Shown piece after piece: positions 40,478 to 55,330 of a stretch of 64,000 nucleotides of DNA. Location of the stretch: contig OZ024742.1 in assembly GCA_964016885.1 (NCBI GenBank), positions 322,896,001 to 322,960,000 of the forward strand. The letters are read 5' to 3'. How positions within the stretch are numbered: position 1 is the first letter of the stretch; each line of letters starts with the position of its first letter. Made by a program: the position numbers and the translations under genes. The notes under the pieces were generated by a model. It did no database searches and had not been told where the DNA came from. It saw only the letters and a list, made by a program, of their open reading frames with translations. Source of the stretch: Eledone cirrhosa. Taxonomy: Eukaryota.

Positions 40478-43162
40478 TGCAAACAACCACAATGACAGAG
40501 GACGGAGACATCGTTATGCTAGCAGGAGACTTCAATGGTCATGTTGGACAGCTCCAGGATGGTTACACTGGGGTACATGGTGGGCACGGTTACGGTTCAA
40601 GAAATGAAGAAGGAGTGAGACTTCTTGAATTTTGTGATGCAAGTACATTGACTATTTGCAACACAAACTTCCAGAAACCTGCCAATCACCTAATAACCTA
40701 CAAATCTGGTGAGCACATAAGCCAGATTGACTTCCTGCTAGTTAGGCAGCGGGACAGGCAGATAGTGTCTAATACCAAGGCATACCCTGGGGAAGAATGT
40801 ACCCCACAGCATAGGTTAGTTGTTAGTGATATCTCAGTAAGCAAGAGATGGAATGAGACATATAGGAAGGTGTGGAGAAGAAAGGTCTGGAAGCTAAAAG
40901 ACCTTTCACTAAAATTCAAATTTAGGAAAGCCTTTCAAGATGTATATGACGAAAAAGAAGACGATTTAGAGACGTATGACATAGATAATAACTGGAAGTT
41001 CTTACGTGACAACTTGCTGCAGGCTACTGATGAAACCTGTGGCTGGAGCAGAGCTCCAACCAGACAGAGAGTGACCTGGTGGTGGAACAGCACAGTAGAT
41101 AAGGCTATTAGAGACAAAAGACTAGCATGGAAGGCTTGGAAAAAGGGTGGGAGTAGGGAAGAATATACAGCCACTAAGAGAGAAGCTAGACGTCAGGTGT
41201 ACTTAGCACGCAGGGAGGCAGAGAGTAGGAGGTTTGCCAATGTTCTACGACGGGAAGATCAGAGGCGTGCGGTGTTCCACATTGCAAGGCAGTGTGTCAA
41301 TGCAAATCAGGATGTTGTTGGTGATAAATGTGTCCGGGATGATGCCGGTGTACTTAGTGTCACGAATGACCAGAAAAAGGAGGCCTGGAAATGTCATTAT
41401 GAGAGACTGATGAATGTGGAGAACGAATGGGAGAGAGAGAAATTACCCTTGGTAGATCCGACAGAGGGACCAGCTATTGAGATTGACGAATATAGGGTCC
41501 AAGAGGCGATTAGGGAAATGAAAAATGGTAAGGCGGCCGGACCATCGGGAATAGTTGCTGAGATGCTGAAGGCATCAGGGGACGTAGGCACTAAACTGGT
41601 TGCACGCATCATCAATCAGGCTATATATGGTGTTGTCATACCCAAAGACTGGTGCAGCAGTATTCTCATAAATTGCTACAAAGGTAAAGGGGGTGCTTTG
41701 GAGAGGAGCAATTATAGGGGTATAAAACTGATAGATCAGGTTATGAAAGTGGCAGAAAGGATTTTAGCACAACTAATTAGAGAAAGGGTCAAACTAGATG
41801 AGATGCAGTTTGGTTTTGTGCCTGGGAAGAGTACAACAGATGCCCTCTTCTTGGTGAGACACATGCAAGAGAGGTTCTTAGAGAAGAATAAGCCACTATA
41901 CTTAGCCTTTGTTGACCTAGAGAAGGCCTTTGATAGGGTACCCCGATCTGTCATCTGGTGGTCCCTAAGGAAGCTAGGTGTTGAGGAATGGCTTGTGAGG
42001 ACAGTGCAAACTTTGTACAGAGGTACTCTCAGTAAAGTCAGGGTAGGAATGGAGTTTAGTGAGGAATTCCAGATACAAGTAGGAGTACATCAGGGTTCGG
42101 TCCTCAGCCCGCTCTTGTTCATTATAGTCCTCCAAGCCATAACAGAGGAGTTTAAGACTGGCTGTCCATGGGAACTTCTCTATGCTGACGATCTGGCTCT
42201 TATAGCAGAATCAGTAGAGGAGCTAGAGAATAAATTCCGGCTATGGAAACAGCAGTTGGAAGCAAGAGGACTGAGAGTAAATCTAGCTAAGACAAAAGTG
42301 TTGATGAGTAGAAAAGAGGACAAAACCCTGATTCCCGTCAGGGAAATGGCCATGTTCGATATGCAGAAAAGGAACTGGCATAAATTCTATAAAATGCACA
42401 CAATGCAGGTCCTGGGTACACAAGAGATGTAGCGGGATAGCAGGCAAACTAACAGGTAGGGAGAAATATGTATGCAGTAGATGTACAGGGAAATTAGACA
42501 GTAGAAGTCGCACTGACAGACACATTTTTCAAATGCGAGAGGGCGCTATAGAAATGGTGGATAGCTTCCGGTACCTGGGAGATTAGATTAGAATGGGAGG
42601 AGGGTGTTCCGAGGCCATAGTATCTAGAATAAGGACGGGTTGGAAGAAGTTTAGGGAGCTGCTTCCTCTGTTGACGAAGAAGGGTTTCTCCCTGCGTACG
42701 AAAGGCCGGTTGTATGATGCCTGTGTGAGGAGCGCGATGCTGCATGGTAGTGAGACATGGGCAGCAACCGCACAGGATATGCGACGGTTGGAGAGAAATG
42801 AGGCAAGCATGCTCCGTTGGATGTGCATTGTAAATGTGCGTGAACGACCCAGCATAAATGTGTTGAGAGGGATAGAATGTAGTGTACGGGAGAGGAGACT
42901 GAGGTGGTATGGACATGTGATGCGCATGGAGGATGACCGATGGGTGAAGAAGTGCCAGGAAATGCCAGTTGAAGGAAGACGTGGTAGAGGTAGACCACAA
43001 AAAACATGGGCGGAGGTGGTGAGAACAGACCTCAGATCATTGAAGCTCACGGTGGAGATGACGAGGGACCGTGACGAGTGGAGAGATGCTGTGCTGAATA
43101 AGACCCGTCCCACCCTTGCAAGCAGGGAAAAGCGGACGTAAAATGATGATGATGATGATGAT
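40478..43162 (+). mobile_element. RTE LINE family B, 5'-truncated in the endonuclease, frameshifted
   Basis: [11 protein letters not shown] motifs, PHD finger, ORF ending just before the (GAT)n tail. Confidence 0.96.
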
Positions 43163-43310
43163 ATATATTATATTATATATTTATATATATATTATATATT
43201 TATATTTATATATATATATATTATAATAATAATAATAAAATTGAAGACTAAAATCCAAAGAGGGCTCGATAAGGAAAATATATATCAAATATATAAGAAC
43301 CGTAGAGCAA

Positions 43311-44155
43311 ATATTTATTAAAATAACAGATTAAAGTTTAAGCAAAGAATCACTGCTTTCACCCTTAACGGGATCTTCTGAAACTAACAAAGTCAATCTG
43401 TAAACGCAGAACTGGATATTTCAAAAAACGTTGCAACCGGAGGAAGACAGGAAGACGATACTTTGGTTCGTGGTAACGTTCGCTGGCAAAGAACGGGAAA
43501 AAACGAATAATACGTCATTAATAGGAGCGGTGAAAACAATTACGCGCAAAGACAGAACCACGTTTATGGTATAAAAGAGGTCGTAGACTAATGTTCTCTT
43601 AGGTGGTGCATAGAGACGTTCTCTGGCAATGAATGAAAAAAAGAAAATAATAAGTCATATGTGGAGCGTGGAGAACAATAGCATGCAAAGACAAAACCAC
43701 GTAAATGGTATAGCAGAAGTCGTAGACTAAAATTCTAACTAGGAGACCAAATGAATCTCCGCTACAGCGTTAAGAACAAAGTAAATAAATACAATACAGA
43801 AGTAATAGAAACAAATAAATACATACACGCAAACAGATACGTACATACACAAGCATACGCAAAACCTTACCATAGGTATACAAAACCTCTTTTATACCAT
43901 AAACGTGGTTCTGTCTTTGCGCGTAATTGTTTTCACCGCTCCTATTAATGACATACTATTCGTTTTTTCCCGTTCTTTGCCAGCGAACGTTTCCACGAAC
44001 CAAAGTATCGTCTTCCTGTCTTCCTCCGGTTGCAACGTTTTTTGAAATATCCAGTTCTGCGTTTACAGATTGACTTTGTTAGTTTCAGAAGATCCCGTTA
44101 AGGGTGAAAGCAGCGATTCTTTGCTTAAACTTTAATCTGTTATTTTAATAAATAT
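43311..44155. repeat. Inverted repeat, about 270-bp arms (43311-43581 and 43884-44155), probable PLE pseudo-LTR fold-back
   Basis: Arms nearly identical; each carries a decayed hammerhead-like core CAGAAGA-tccc-gttaa-gggt-GAAA. Confidence 0.85.
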
Positions 44156-44325
44156 ATATATATTATATATATATTATATATTATATATATTATATATTAT
44201 ATATATTATATATATTATATATATATATATATTATATATATATATATTATTTATATATTATATATCTATATATTATATATATATTATATATATATATATA
44301 TATATATTATTATATATTATATATA

Positions 44326-44374
<49 letters not shown>

Positions 44375-44380
44375 ATAATA

Positions 44381-44429
<49 letters not shown>

Positions 44430-44586
44430 ATATATTATATTATACATATATATTATATATATATTATATATATATATTATATATACATATATATTATATA
44501 TATATATATATTATATATACATATTACATATATATATATATTATATATATATATTACATATACATATATATTATATATATATATTA

Positions 44587-44619
<33 letters not shown>

Positions 44620-44659
44620 ATATATTATATATATATATATTATATATATTATATATATA

Positions 44660-44700
<41 letters not shown>

Positions 44701-44731
44701 TATTATATATATATTATATATATATATATTA

Positions 44732-44768
<37 letters not shown>

Positions 44769-44774
<6 letters not shown>

Positions 44775-45422
44775 TAAACAAATAATGAATAAACAATGAA
44801 ACAGTTCCTTATATTAAACAAAAAAAGTTCATTATTTAACGATCGTTTCTAGGATATATATGTGTTAGAATTGGCATGCATATTCAACAGATCTATGTAC
44901 AAAATTATACAAAATTATACAAACTATCAAGATTAAATATACATACCAACACATATATACGCCGTCTTCAGAAATAATGAAATATATTTATTGATAATAA
45001 CAACAATTCAAAATTTCAGGTTCGTTTGGGAACAAAATTGACCAATGAAAATACAAAAGGTTTAATGCAGTTGAGTGTGTGTATATACATGTAACTACCC
45101 TTACACATATTTACAAAAATGTATGCACAACTTGTATACGCATACCAAAAGGATGGATGCAAATACAAAATTTCAAGGTTAATGTCTCTGTAAGTTTATA
45201 ACGCACAGATAAGATGCGTATAGACACATAAATATGAAATAAGTGTATACACATATTCACATACTCACACATATCCGTACAATCACACACACACGCGCGT
45301 ATATGCATAAACATACACATAACTACGAACATACAAACACACACACACCCCCACTCACATATATATATGTGGATATAAAATCCTAAGCACATGGATATTA
45401 ATTCACTCACATAAACACTGGC
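44769..45422 (-). mobile_element. PLE 3'UTR/pLTR remnant, same family as 53597-55385
   Basis: Homologous hammerhead and flanks (ttggtcaatt upstream; aatataagga.ctgtttc.ttgttt downstream). Confidence 0.75.
44829..44980 (-). ncRNA. Type I hammerhead ribozyme with extended (over 100 nt) stem II
   Basis: Minus: tcattattt-CTGAAGA-long hairpin-GAAA-cgatcg-TT-aaataatga; perfect 9-bp stem I. Confidence 0.85.
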
Positions 45423-45528
45423 ATATATATATTATATAATATATATATATTATATAATATATATATATATATTATATAATATATATATATTATATAATAT
45501 ATATATATTATATATATATTATATATAT

Positions 45529-45559
<31 letters not shown>

Positions 45560-45560
45560 A

Positions 45561-45607
<47 letters not shown>

Positions 45608-45984
45608 ATATATTATATAATATATATATATTATATAATATATATATATTATATTATATATATTATATATATATATATATATTATATATATATATATATT
45701 ATATATATATATTATATATATATATATTATATATATATTATATATATTATATATATATATATATTATATATATATATATATTATATATATATTATATATA
45801 TTATATATATTATATATATATATATATTATATATATATTATATATATTATATATATATTATATATTATATATATATATATATTATATATTATATATATTA
45901 TATATATATATATATTTTATATATATATATTATATATATATTATATATATTATATATATTTTATATATATATATATATTTTATA

Positions 45985-46029
<45 letters not shown>

Positions 46030-46243
46030 ATATATATTATATATATTATATATATATATTATATAATATATATATATTATATATATATATATTATATATA
46101 TATATATTATATATATATATATATATTATATATATATATTATATATATATATTATATATATATTATATAATATATATATTATATAATAATATATTATATA
46201 ATATATATATATATTATATAATATATATATATTATATAATATA

Positions 46244-46334
<91 letters not shown>

Positions 46335-46342
46335 ATATATTA

Positions 46343-46385
<43 letters not shown>

Positions 46386-46608
46386 ATATATATTATATAA
46401 TATATATATATTATATAATATATATATATTATATATATATATATATATTATATATATTATATATATATATATATTTATATATATATTATATATTTATATA
46501 TATATTATATATTTATATATATATTATATATTTATATATATATTATATATTTATATATATTATATATTTATATATATATTATATATATTATATTATATAT
46601 ATATATAT

Positions 46609-46640
<32 letters not shown>

Positions 46641-46891
46641 ATATTATATATATTATATATTATATATATTATATATTATATATATTATATATTATATATA
46701 TTATATATATATATATTATATATATATATATTATATATATATAATATATATATATATATTATATATATGTAGGAGGTGAGTTTTATTGTAGTACAATAAA
46801 GCAATGCAGATATCGGATAAGAAGCACTCTACAGATTGTAGGACTGGAGTATACATAATATAAGATCAAAAGATGGTTAAAGGAGTTCCAT

Positions 46892-46963
46892 GTATTTTAT
46901 TATGCGCATTTCAAAAACAAACATCATCATGCAATAATATTTGTGTTTTCATCAGATAAAACA
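46892..46963 (-). ncRNA. Type I hammerhead ribozyme (family of 14326)
   Basis: Reverse complement of the 47081 copy; core intact. Confidence 0.85.
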
Positions 46964-47080
46964 GAACATGATATGAAGGCTAAAAAACACTTGTGGATAG
47001 TGCAGTTTTAAATCAACATATATGTTGATTTAAAACTGCACTATCCACAAGTGTTTTTTAGCCTTCATATCATGTTCTCC

Positions 47081-47152
47081 TGTTTTATCTGATGAAAACA
47101 CAAATATTATTGCATGATGATGTTTGTTTTTGAAATGCGCATAATAAAATAC
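47081..47152 (+). ncRNA. Type I hammerhead ribozyme (family of 14326)
   Basis: CTGATGA 47089-47095, GAAA 47132-47135, tgcgca-TA-ataaaat. Confidence 0.85.
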
Positions 47153-47444
47153 ATGGAACTCCTTTAACCATCTTTTGATCTTATATTATATATATATATA
47201 TTATATATTATATATTATATATATTATATATATATATATTTATATATTATATATATTATATATATTATATATATATATTATATATATTATATATATATAT
47301 TATATATATATTATATATATTATATATTATATATATTATATATATATTATATATATTATATATTATATATACATACATATTATATATACATATATATTAT
47401 ATATACATACATATTATATATACATATATATTATATATATTATA

Positions 47445-47645
47445 TGCAAAATTTTTATTTAAGATTGTTGGTTACAACGAGTAAATATTTATAACTGATA
47501 TAAAAGAACTCGACAGTTTCTGGAGTAGGTTTATGACATATGACATATGACAGCTTATGACATATTTTTATATGATATCCCAGAAATATATATAACGAAA
47601 TAAATATGGTTTTATAAATATAGTTTCCATTTGTTTAATATCGTA
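47445..47645. mobile_element. PLE 3' end remnant with internal inversion (family of 11764-11955)
   Basis: 47445-47535 co-linear with 11764-11850; 47556-47645 is the reverse complement of 11847-11935; tgacata filler repeats at the junction. Confidence 0.75.
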
Positions 47646-48345
47646 TATATATTATATATATATATATTATATATATATATTATATATATATTATATATAT
47701 ATATATTATATATTATATATATATAATATATATTATATATATATATTATATATATATTATATATATATTATATATATATATATTATATATATATATTATA
47801 TATATTATATATATTATATATATATATATTATATGTATATTATATATATTATATATATATATTATATATATATATTATATATATTATATATATATATTAT
47901 ATATATATATTATATATATATATTATATATATATATTATATATATATATTATATATATATATTATATATTATATATTATATATTATATATATATTATATA
48001 TATATATTATATATTATATTATATATTATGATTATATATTATATTATATATATATATATATATTATATATTATATATATTATATATATATATATTATATA
48101 TATATTATATATACATATATATTATATATACATATATATTATATATATATATATATTATATATATATTATATATACATATATATTATATATACATATATA
48201 TTATATATATATATATATTATATATACATATATATTATATATACATATATATTATATATATATATATATTATATATACATATATATTATATATACATATA
48301 TATTATATATATTATATATATATTATATATATATTATATATATAT

Positions 48346-48378
<33 letters not shown>

Positions 48379-48471
48379 ATATATATATATATTATATATA
48401 TATATATTATATATATATTATATATATATATATTATATATATATATATTATATATATATTATATATACATA

Positions 48472-48934
48472 TCTCCAAGACGATGTCACTGACCGAGACC
48501 TTTGGCGGTACTCAGTAACAGAGAAGACCCGCCTTACCTAAATATATAGTAAAACCTACTCCAGCCAGTAGGCATCTCTAACAAAATACACCCCGTCCCA
48601 CCACCACCACCCCCACCCCATCCACACCACCCCGTTCTATGTAAAGTTATGTTGGTGCCGCGCCATCGAGGCCGAAACAAATGAGATCATGTAGGTGTCA
48701 CGACAAAAAAACCACGCTGTAATGTGGCCGTGTAGGCAACACGGTAAAAACCTCCCAGACCCACACTGTAAATGTGGTTGGTGTTAGGAAGGGCATCCAA
48801 CTGTAGAAAACCTGCCAGACAGTCCTATGCGAGCAAGACAATCACTCTTGCCTCAAGTGGGACTACCCCGTCCAAACCCATGCAAGCGTGGAACACGGAC
48901 GTTAAACGTTGATGATGATGATGATGATGATGAT
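48472..48934 (+). mobile_element. RTE family A 3' fragment
   Basis: Near-identical to 30064-30527, with (GAT)n tail. Confidence 0.95.
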
Positions 48935-49076
48935 TATATATACATATATATTATATATACATATATATTATATATACATATATATTATATATATATATTT
49001 ATTATATATACATACATATTATATATATATATTTATTATATATACATATATATTATATACATATATATTATATACA

Positions 49077-49116
<40 letters not shown>

Positions 49117-49508
49117 CATATATTATACATATATATTATATATATATATATTATATATTATATATATATATATATATATATTATACATATATATTATATA
49201 TATATATATTATATATTATATATATATATATATATTGTATATATATATTATATATACATATATATTATATATATATATATTATATATACATATATATTAT
49301 ATATATATATTATATTATATATATATATTATATATATATTATATATATATATATTATATATATTATATATATATATATTATATATTATATATATTATATA
49401 TATAATATATTATATATATATATTATATATTATATATATATTATATATTATATATATATATTATATATATAATATATTATATATATATATATATTATATA
49501 TAATTATA

Positions 49509-49568
<60 letters not shown>

Positions 49569-49665
49569 ATATATATATATATATTATATATATATATATA
49601 TTATATATATATATATATATTATATATATATATATATTATATATATATTATATATATATATATAT

Positions 49666-49697
<32 letters not shown>

Positions 49698-50096
49698 ATA
49701 TTATATATATATATATATTTTTATATATATATATATTATATATATATATATATATATTATATAATTAAGTTAAAGTGAAGTGACCAGTGAAAAAAAACTT
49801 GGTACATCTACATATGTATACGTGTGTGTATTCATATACATACTAGTATTTCAGTATACATATATGGATGTACATCTTTAACTTAATTGTTTAAGCGTCA
49901 GTCATACAAAAGTGAGTTACAAACGAAACGAAATTTAATTTCGTTTCGTTATTTGTTTTTATATTATATATATATATATTATATATTATATATATATATA
50001 TATATTATATATATATATATTATATATATATATTATATATATATATATATTATATATATATATATATATTATATATATATATATATATTATATATA

Positions 50097-50145
<49 letters not shown>

Positions 50146-50151
50146 ATATAT

Positions 50152-50183
<32 letters not shown>

Positions 50184-50233
50184 ATATATTATATATATAT
50201 ATATATTATATATATATATATATTATATATATA

Positions 50234-50297
<64 letters not shown>

Positions 50298-50327
50298 ATA
50301 TATTATATATATATATATTATATATAT

Positions 50328-50361
<34 letters not shown>

Positions 50362-50579
50362 ATATTATATATATATATTATATATATATATTATATATAC
50401 TTATATATATTATATATATATATATTATATATATATATTATATATATATATTATATATATATTATATATATTATATATATATATATTATATATATATTAT
50501 ATATATATATTATATATATATATTATATATATATTATATATATTATTATATATATATTATATATATATTATATATATTA

Positions 50580-50646
<67 letters not shown>

Positions 50647-50682
50647 ATATATATTATATATATATATATTATATATATATTA

Positions 50683-50759
<77 letters not shown>

Positions 50760-50834
50760 ATATAATATATAATATATATATATATATAATATATATATAA
50801 TATATATATAATATATAATATATATATAATATAT

Positions 50835-50865
<31 letters not shown>

Positions 50866-51387
50866 ATATATATATATATAATATATATATAATATATAAT
50901 ATATATATAATATATAATATATATATAATATATATATATAATATATATATAATATATATATAATATATATATAATATATAATATATATATATATAATATA
51001 TATATAATATATAATATATATATAATATATAATATATAATATATAATATATATATAATATATAATATATATATAATATATATATATAATATATAATATAT
51101 ATATAATATATAATATATATATAATATATATATAATATATATATATATATATTATATATATATATATATAATATATAATATAATATATAATATATATATA
51201 ATATATATAATATATAATATATATATAATATATATATAATATATATAATATATATATATATATATAATATATATAATATATATAATATATATATATATAT
51301 ATAATATATATATTATATATAATATATATATATATATAATATATATATATATATAATATATATATATATAATATATATATAATATAT

Positions 51388-51418
<31 letters not shown>

Positions 51419-51422
51419 TATA

Positions 51423-51456
<34 letters not shown>

Positions 51457-51560
51457 ATATCTATATATATATATTATATATATTATATATATATATATAT
51501 TATATATATATTATATATATATATATATTATATATATATATATATATTATATATATATAT

Positions 51561-51592
<32 letters not shown>

Positions 51593-51639
51593 ATATTATA
51601 TATTATATATATATATATATTATATATATATATATATTA

Positions 51640-51690
<51 letters not shown>

Positions 51691-51787
51691 ATATTATATA
51701 TATATATATATTATATATAATATATATATTATATATATATATATATTATATATATATATTATATATATTATATATATTATATATTTA

Positions 51788-51836
<49 letters not shown>

Positions 51837-51913
51837 TATATATATATTATATATATATTATATATTATATTATATATTATATATATATATTATTTATATA
51901 TTATATTATATAT

Positions 51914-51944
<31 letters not shown>

Positions 51945-52322
51945 ATATATATATTATATATTATATATATATTATATATATATATTATATATTATATATA
52001 TTATATATTATATATATATATTATATATTATATATATATATTATATATATATATATATTATATATTATATATATATATTATATATATATATATATTATAT
52101 ATATATATTATATATATATTATATATATTATATATATATTATATATATATTATATATATATTATATATATATTATATATATATATTATATATATATTATA
52201 TATATATATTATATATATATTATATATATATTATATATATATTATATATATTATATATATATTATATATATATTATATATATATTATATATTATATATAC
52301 ATATATATATTATATATATATT

Positions 52323-53537
52323 ATTCCAAACCTGGAAGCAGGGACTAGAGAGAAAGCGCCTCAAAGTCAACATGACAAAGACTAAGGTCCTTGTAAGTAG
52401 ACGAGAAAACAGAACCCAGATCCCCTCAGGGAAATGGCCTTGCTCAGTATGTAGGAAAGGTGTAGGTAGGAACTCCATTCTCTGCCCCAAATGCAAACAA
52501 TGGGTACACAAGAGATGTAGCGGGATCTCAGGAAGCTTAATTAAGAATGTAGGATTCACATGCAGCAGCTGTGCTGAAACAGCAAGCAAACAGCCACAGG
52601 AAACAAGGACCACCAATCTCTGGGAGGGCCCTGTAGAAACAGTAGACAGCTTCTGCTACCTAGGTGACCGAATTAGCAACGGAGGTGGGTGCTCAGAAAG
52701 TACAATAACTAGGGTAAGAACGGAATGGAAGAAGTTTAGGGAACTACTACCACTGCTAGCTGCAAAAGGCTTCTCCCTCAGAATGTAAGGCAGACTGTAT
52801 GATGCGTGTATCCGAACAGCGATGTTGCATGGTAGCGAGACCTGGGCGCTGAAGGTGGAAGACTTACGTAGATTAGAGAGAAACGAGGCCTGCATGCTCC
52901 GATGGATGTGTAACAGTAATATACGTGAACGACAAAGCATAAAGGAATTGAGAGAGAGACTGAGCATAAGAGGAATCAAATGCTGCGTGCAGGAGAGGCG
53001 GTTACGCTGGTATGGACATGTGATGCGTATGAAGGATGACAGCTGCATAAAAAGGTGCAGAGCACTAGAAGTTGATGGAAACCGCGGAGTGGGGAGACCC
53101 AAGATGACTTGGGATGAGGTGATAAAAGCCGACCTTACCCAACTACACCTCTCAAAGTCAATGACACACGACCGTGACTTCTGGCGTCACGCAGTAATAC
53201 AGGGTACCCGACCTCCCATGGGTACATGCTGAAGCATATAAACAATATGCACCCACTCCCCCTACCGCAAGGTGGTCGTGGAGGTGCCACGGCAAAAAAG
53301 CACCCAGCCCACACTGTAAAGTGGACGTGTAGGCGCCACGAAAAAGCACCCAGCACTCACTGTAAATGAGGTTGGTGTTAGGAAGGGCATCCAGCTGTAG
53401 AAATCAAGCCAGATCAGTTCCTGTATGAGCAAGGCATGGTCAGCCGACCAGACACTGCACACAACAGGACAACCCGTCTAACCCATGCTAGCGTGGAAGA
53501 ACGGACGTAAAACGGTGATGATGATGATGATGATGAT
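52323..53537 (+). mobile_element. RTE LINE family C, 5'-truncated
   Basis: PHD finger, [17 protein letters not shown]; in-frame stop at 52786-52788; (GAT)n tail. Confidence 0.95.
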
Positions 53538-54444
53538 TATATATATATATTATATATACATTTATATTATATATATACATTATATATATATATATTAAAA
53601 GGAAATTGCCTTATTAATAACATAGTATATAAATGTAAAGTTAACACTAAGGACTCAATTTATTCATATATAGGAGCTACTTCTAACCAATTTAAAGTAA
53701 GATTTAATACCCACAAACACAGTTTTAAAAATGCCGCATTAGCTAATACAACATCTTTAGCTGAAATAATTAATTATAGAAAGAGGAATATAGATTATGA
53801 CCTGACCTGGAGTGTGTTATCAAAATAATAGATATGAATGTAGATTATGTTCCCAGGAACTTTTTGAAATAATGAGATCTAAGGATATCCTATTAAATAT
53901 GCGACAGGAATTAAGTATATCGTTTTATCATAAACTGAGAAAAACTTTTAAATATTATAAACCTAATTAATATACACTTTAGAAATTATAATAATAACAC
54001 TTTTTTTAAATTAGTTAACCTATAATTAATATTCTACTACTAATGAACTACATAATTTTATTTCCCTTTTACAACTATCTTTTCCTATAATTTATACCAT
54101 TAAGTATACATATAAACTAATTTAATTTCAGGTTATGATTCTATATTCCTTGTAATCTATATATATATTTGTTATTTCTCACTAATAAATTTAAACCCCC
54201 CCCCCTCCCAATAATTATTATTATTTTTTATTTTCCCTTCATTTTTAACAGCACTCTTCAATTACATCTAACTCTTATTTATCATATCTATATGCATTAA
54301 TATAATTTTATCAATATAAATATAACCTATCAATTTAATTAATTTATTTTCTTTTTATAGATGTAAATTCCATATATTTTAAATAAGTTTGATATTTTTC
54401 ACTAACATATTTATCGTAAAATTTTAGTCTCCTTAGATATTTAC

Positions 54445-54631
54445 ATTGGCATGGCAGTATCGGTAGAGAGTCGGACGCCATGCTTTCCAGCATAGTTACG
54501 TCCCTTTACGATCTGAGTTCAAATCCCGCCGAGGTTGACTTTGCCTTTCATCCTTACGGGGTCGATAAAATAAAGTACCAGTAATGCACTGGGTAATTGC
54601 TGGCCTTGTGCCAAAAGTAGAAACAATTATT
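54445..54631 (+). mobile_element. tRNA-derived SINE (octopus-type)
   Basis: tggcagtatcggtag A-box-like, gagttcaaatccc B box, gactttgcctttcatcc...ggggtcgata core. Confidence 0.8.
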
Positions 54632-55013
54632 CTTTTATAACAGCAATTCTTCGTGTACCTTTTACCGACCTGACCTATTTTCATCCCTAAAATAATATTT
54701 CATTCATCATACTATTTCCATTCAAAACTGAAATCTGCCTTCTTCTACCCCTAAATTAAAGCTCTATTACTACTATTTTACAATTTTAACCAGTTACTAC
54801 CTTTCTATTGGTCAATTCAAAACCTGTTCACAAACAGAGCTATAATATTAAATCTTTGTTGGTTTTTTTCAATAAACAAATATAATTATTTCTGAAGACA
54901 GCATATGACCTATTTTCATCCCTAAAATAATCTTTCATTCATCATAATCTTTCCATCCAAAACTGAAATCTACCTTCCTCTACCCCTAAATTATCATTAT
55001 TTCTGAAGACAGC

Positions 55014-55196
55014 GGTGGATTGGCAGTATCGGTAGAGAGTCGGACACCATGCTTTGAAGCATAGAGTTACGTCCCTTTATGATCTGAGTTCAAATCCCGC
55101 CGAGGTTAACTTTGCCTTTCATCCTTACGGGGTCGATTAAATAAAGTACCAGTAATGTACTGGATAATTGCTGGCCTTGTGCCTAAAGTAGAAACA
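55014..55196 (+). mobile_element. Second copy of the SINE, flanked by an 18-bp target-site duplication
   Basis: attatttctgaagacagc at 54996-55013 and 55197-55214. Confidence 0.85.
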
Positions 55197-55330
55197 ATTA
55201 TTTCTGAAGACAGCATATATATGTGTAGGTATGTATATTCCCTCTGATAGTTTGTAAACATTTTACATAGATCTATATGATATACATACCAACACTAACA
55301 TATATATCCTAGAAACGATCGTAAAATGAT
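55197..55330 (+). ncRNA. Type I hammerhead ribozyme with extended stem II
   Basis: attattt-CTGAAGA (55204-55210)-long hairpin-GAAA (55312-55315)-cgatcg-TA-aaatgat; GUA triplet. Confidence 0.8.

Larger units (their letters stand above)
46768..47190. mobile_element. PLE pLTR fold-back: spacer-less palindrome centred at 47020/47021
   Basis: aatcaacata|tatgttgatt; arms about 165 bp with one 3-nt indel; same family as 14265-14522. Confidence 0.9.
44156..52322. repeat. (TA)n arrays with TT/AA phase slips, containing small element islands
   Basis: Direct: tattata units, with a taata-polarity block at about 50752-51460. Confidence 0.95.

Noticed and set aside
54885-55013. Two extra CTGAAGA motifs as separate hammerheads
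   Set aside because: Only the 5' half of the core; products of duplication with no matching stem III and stem I partner nearby.
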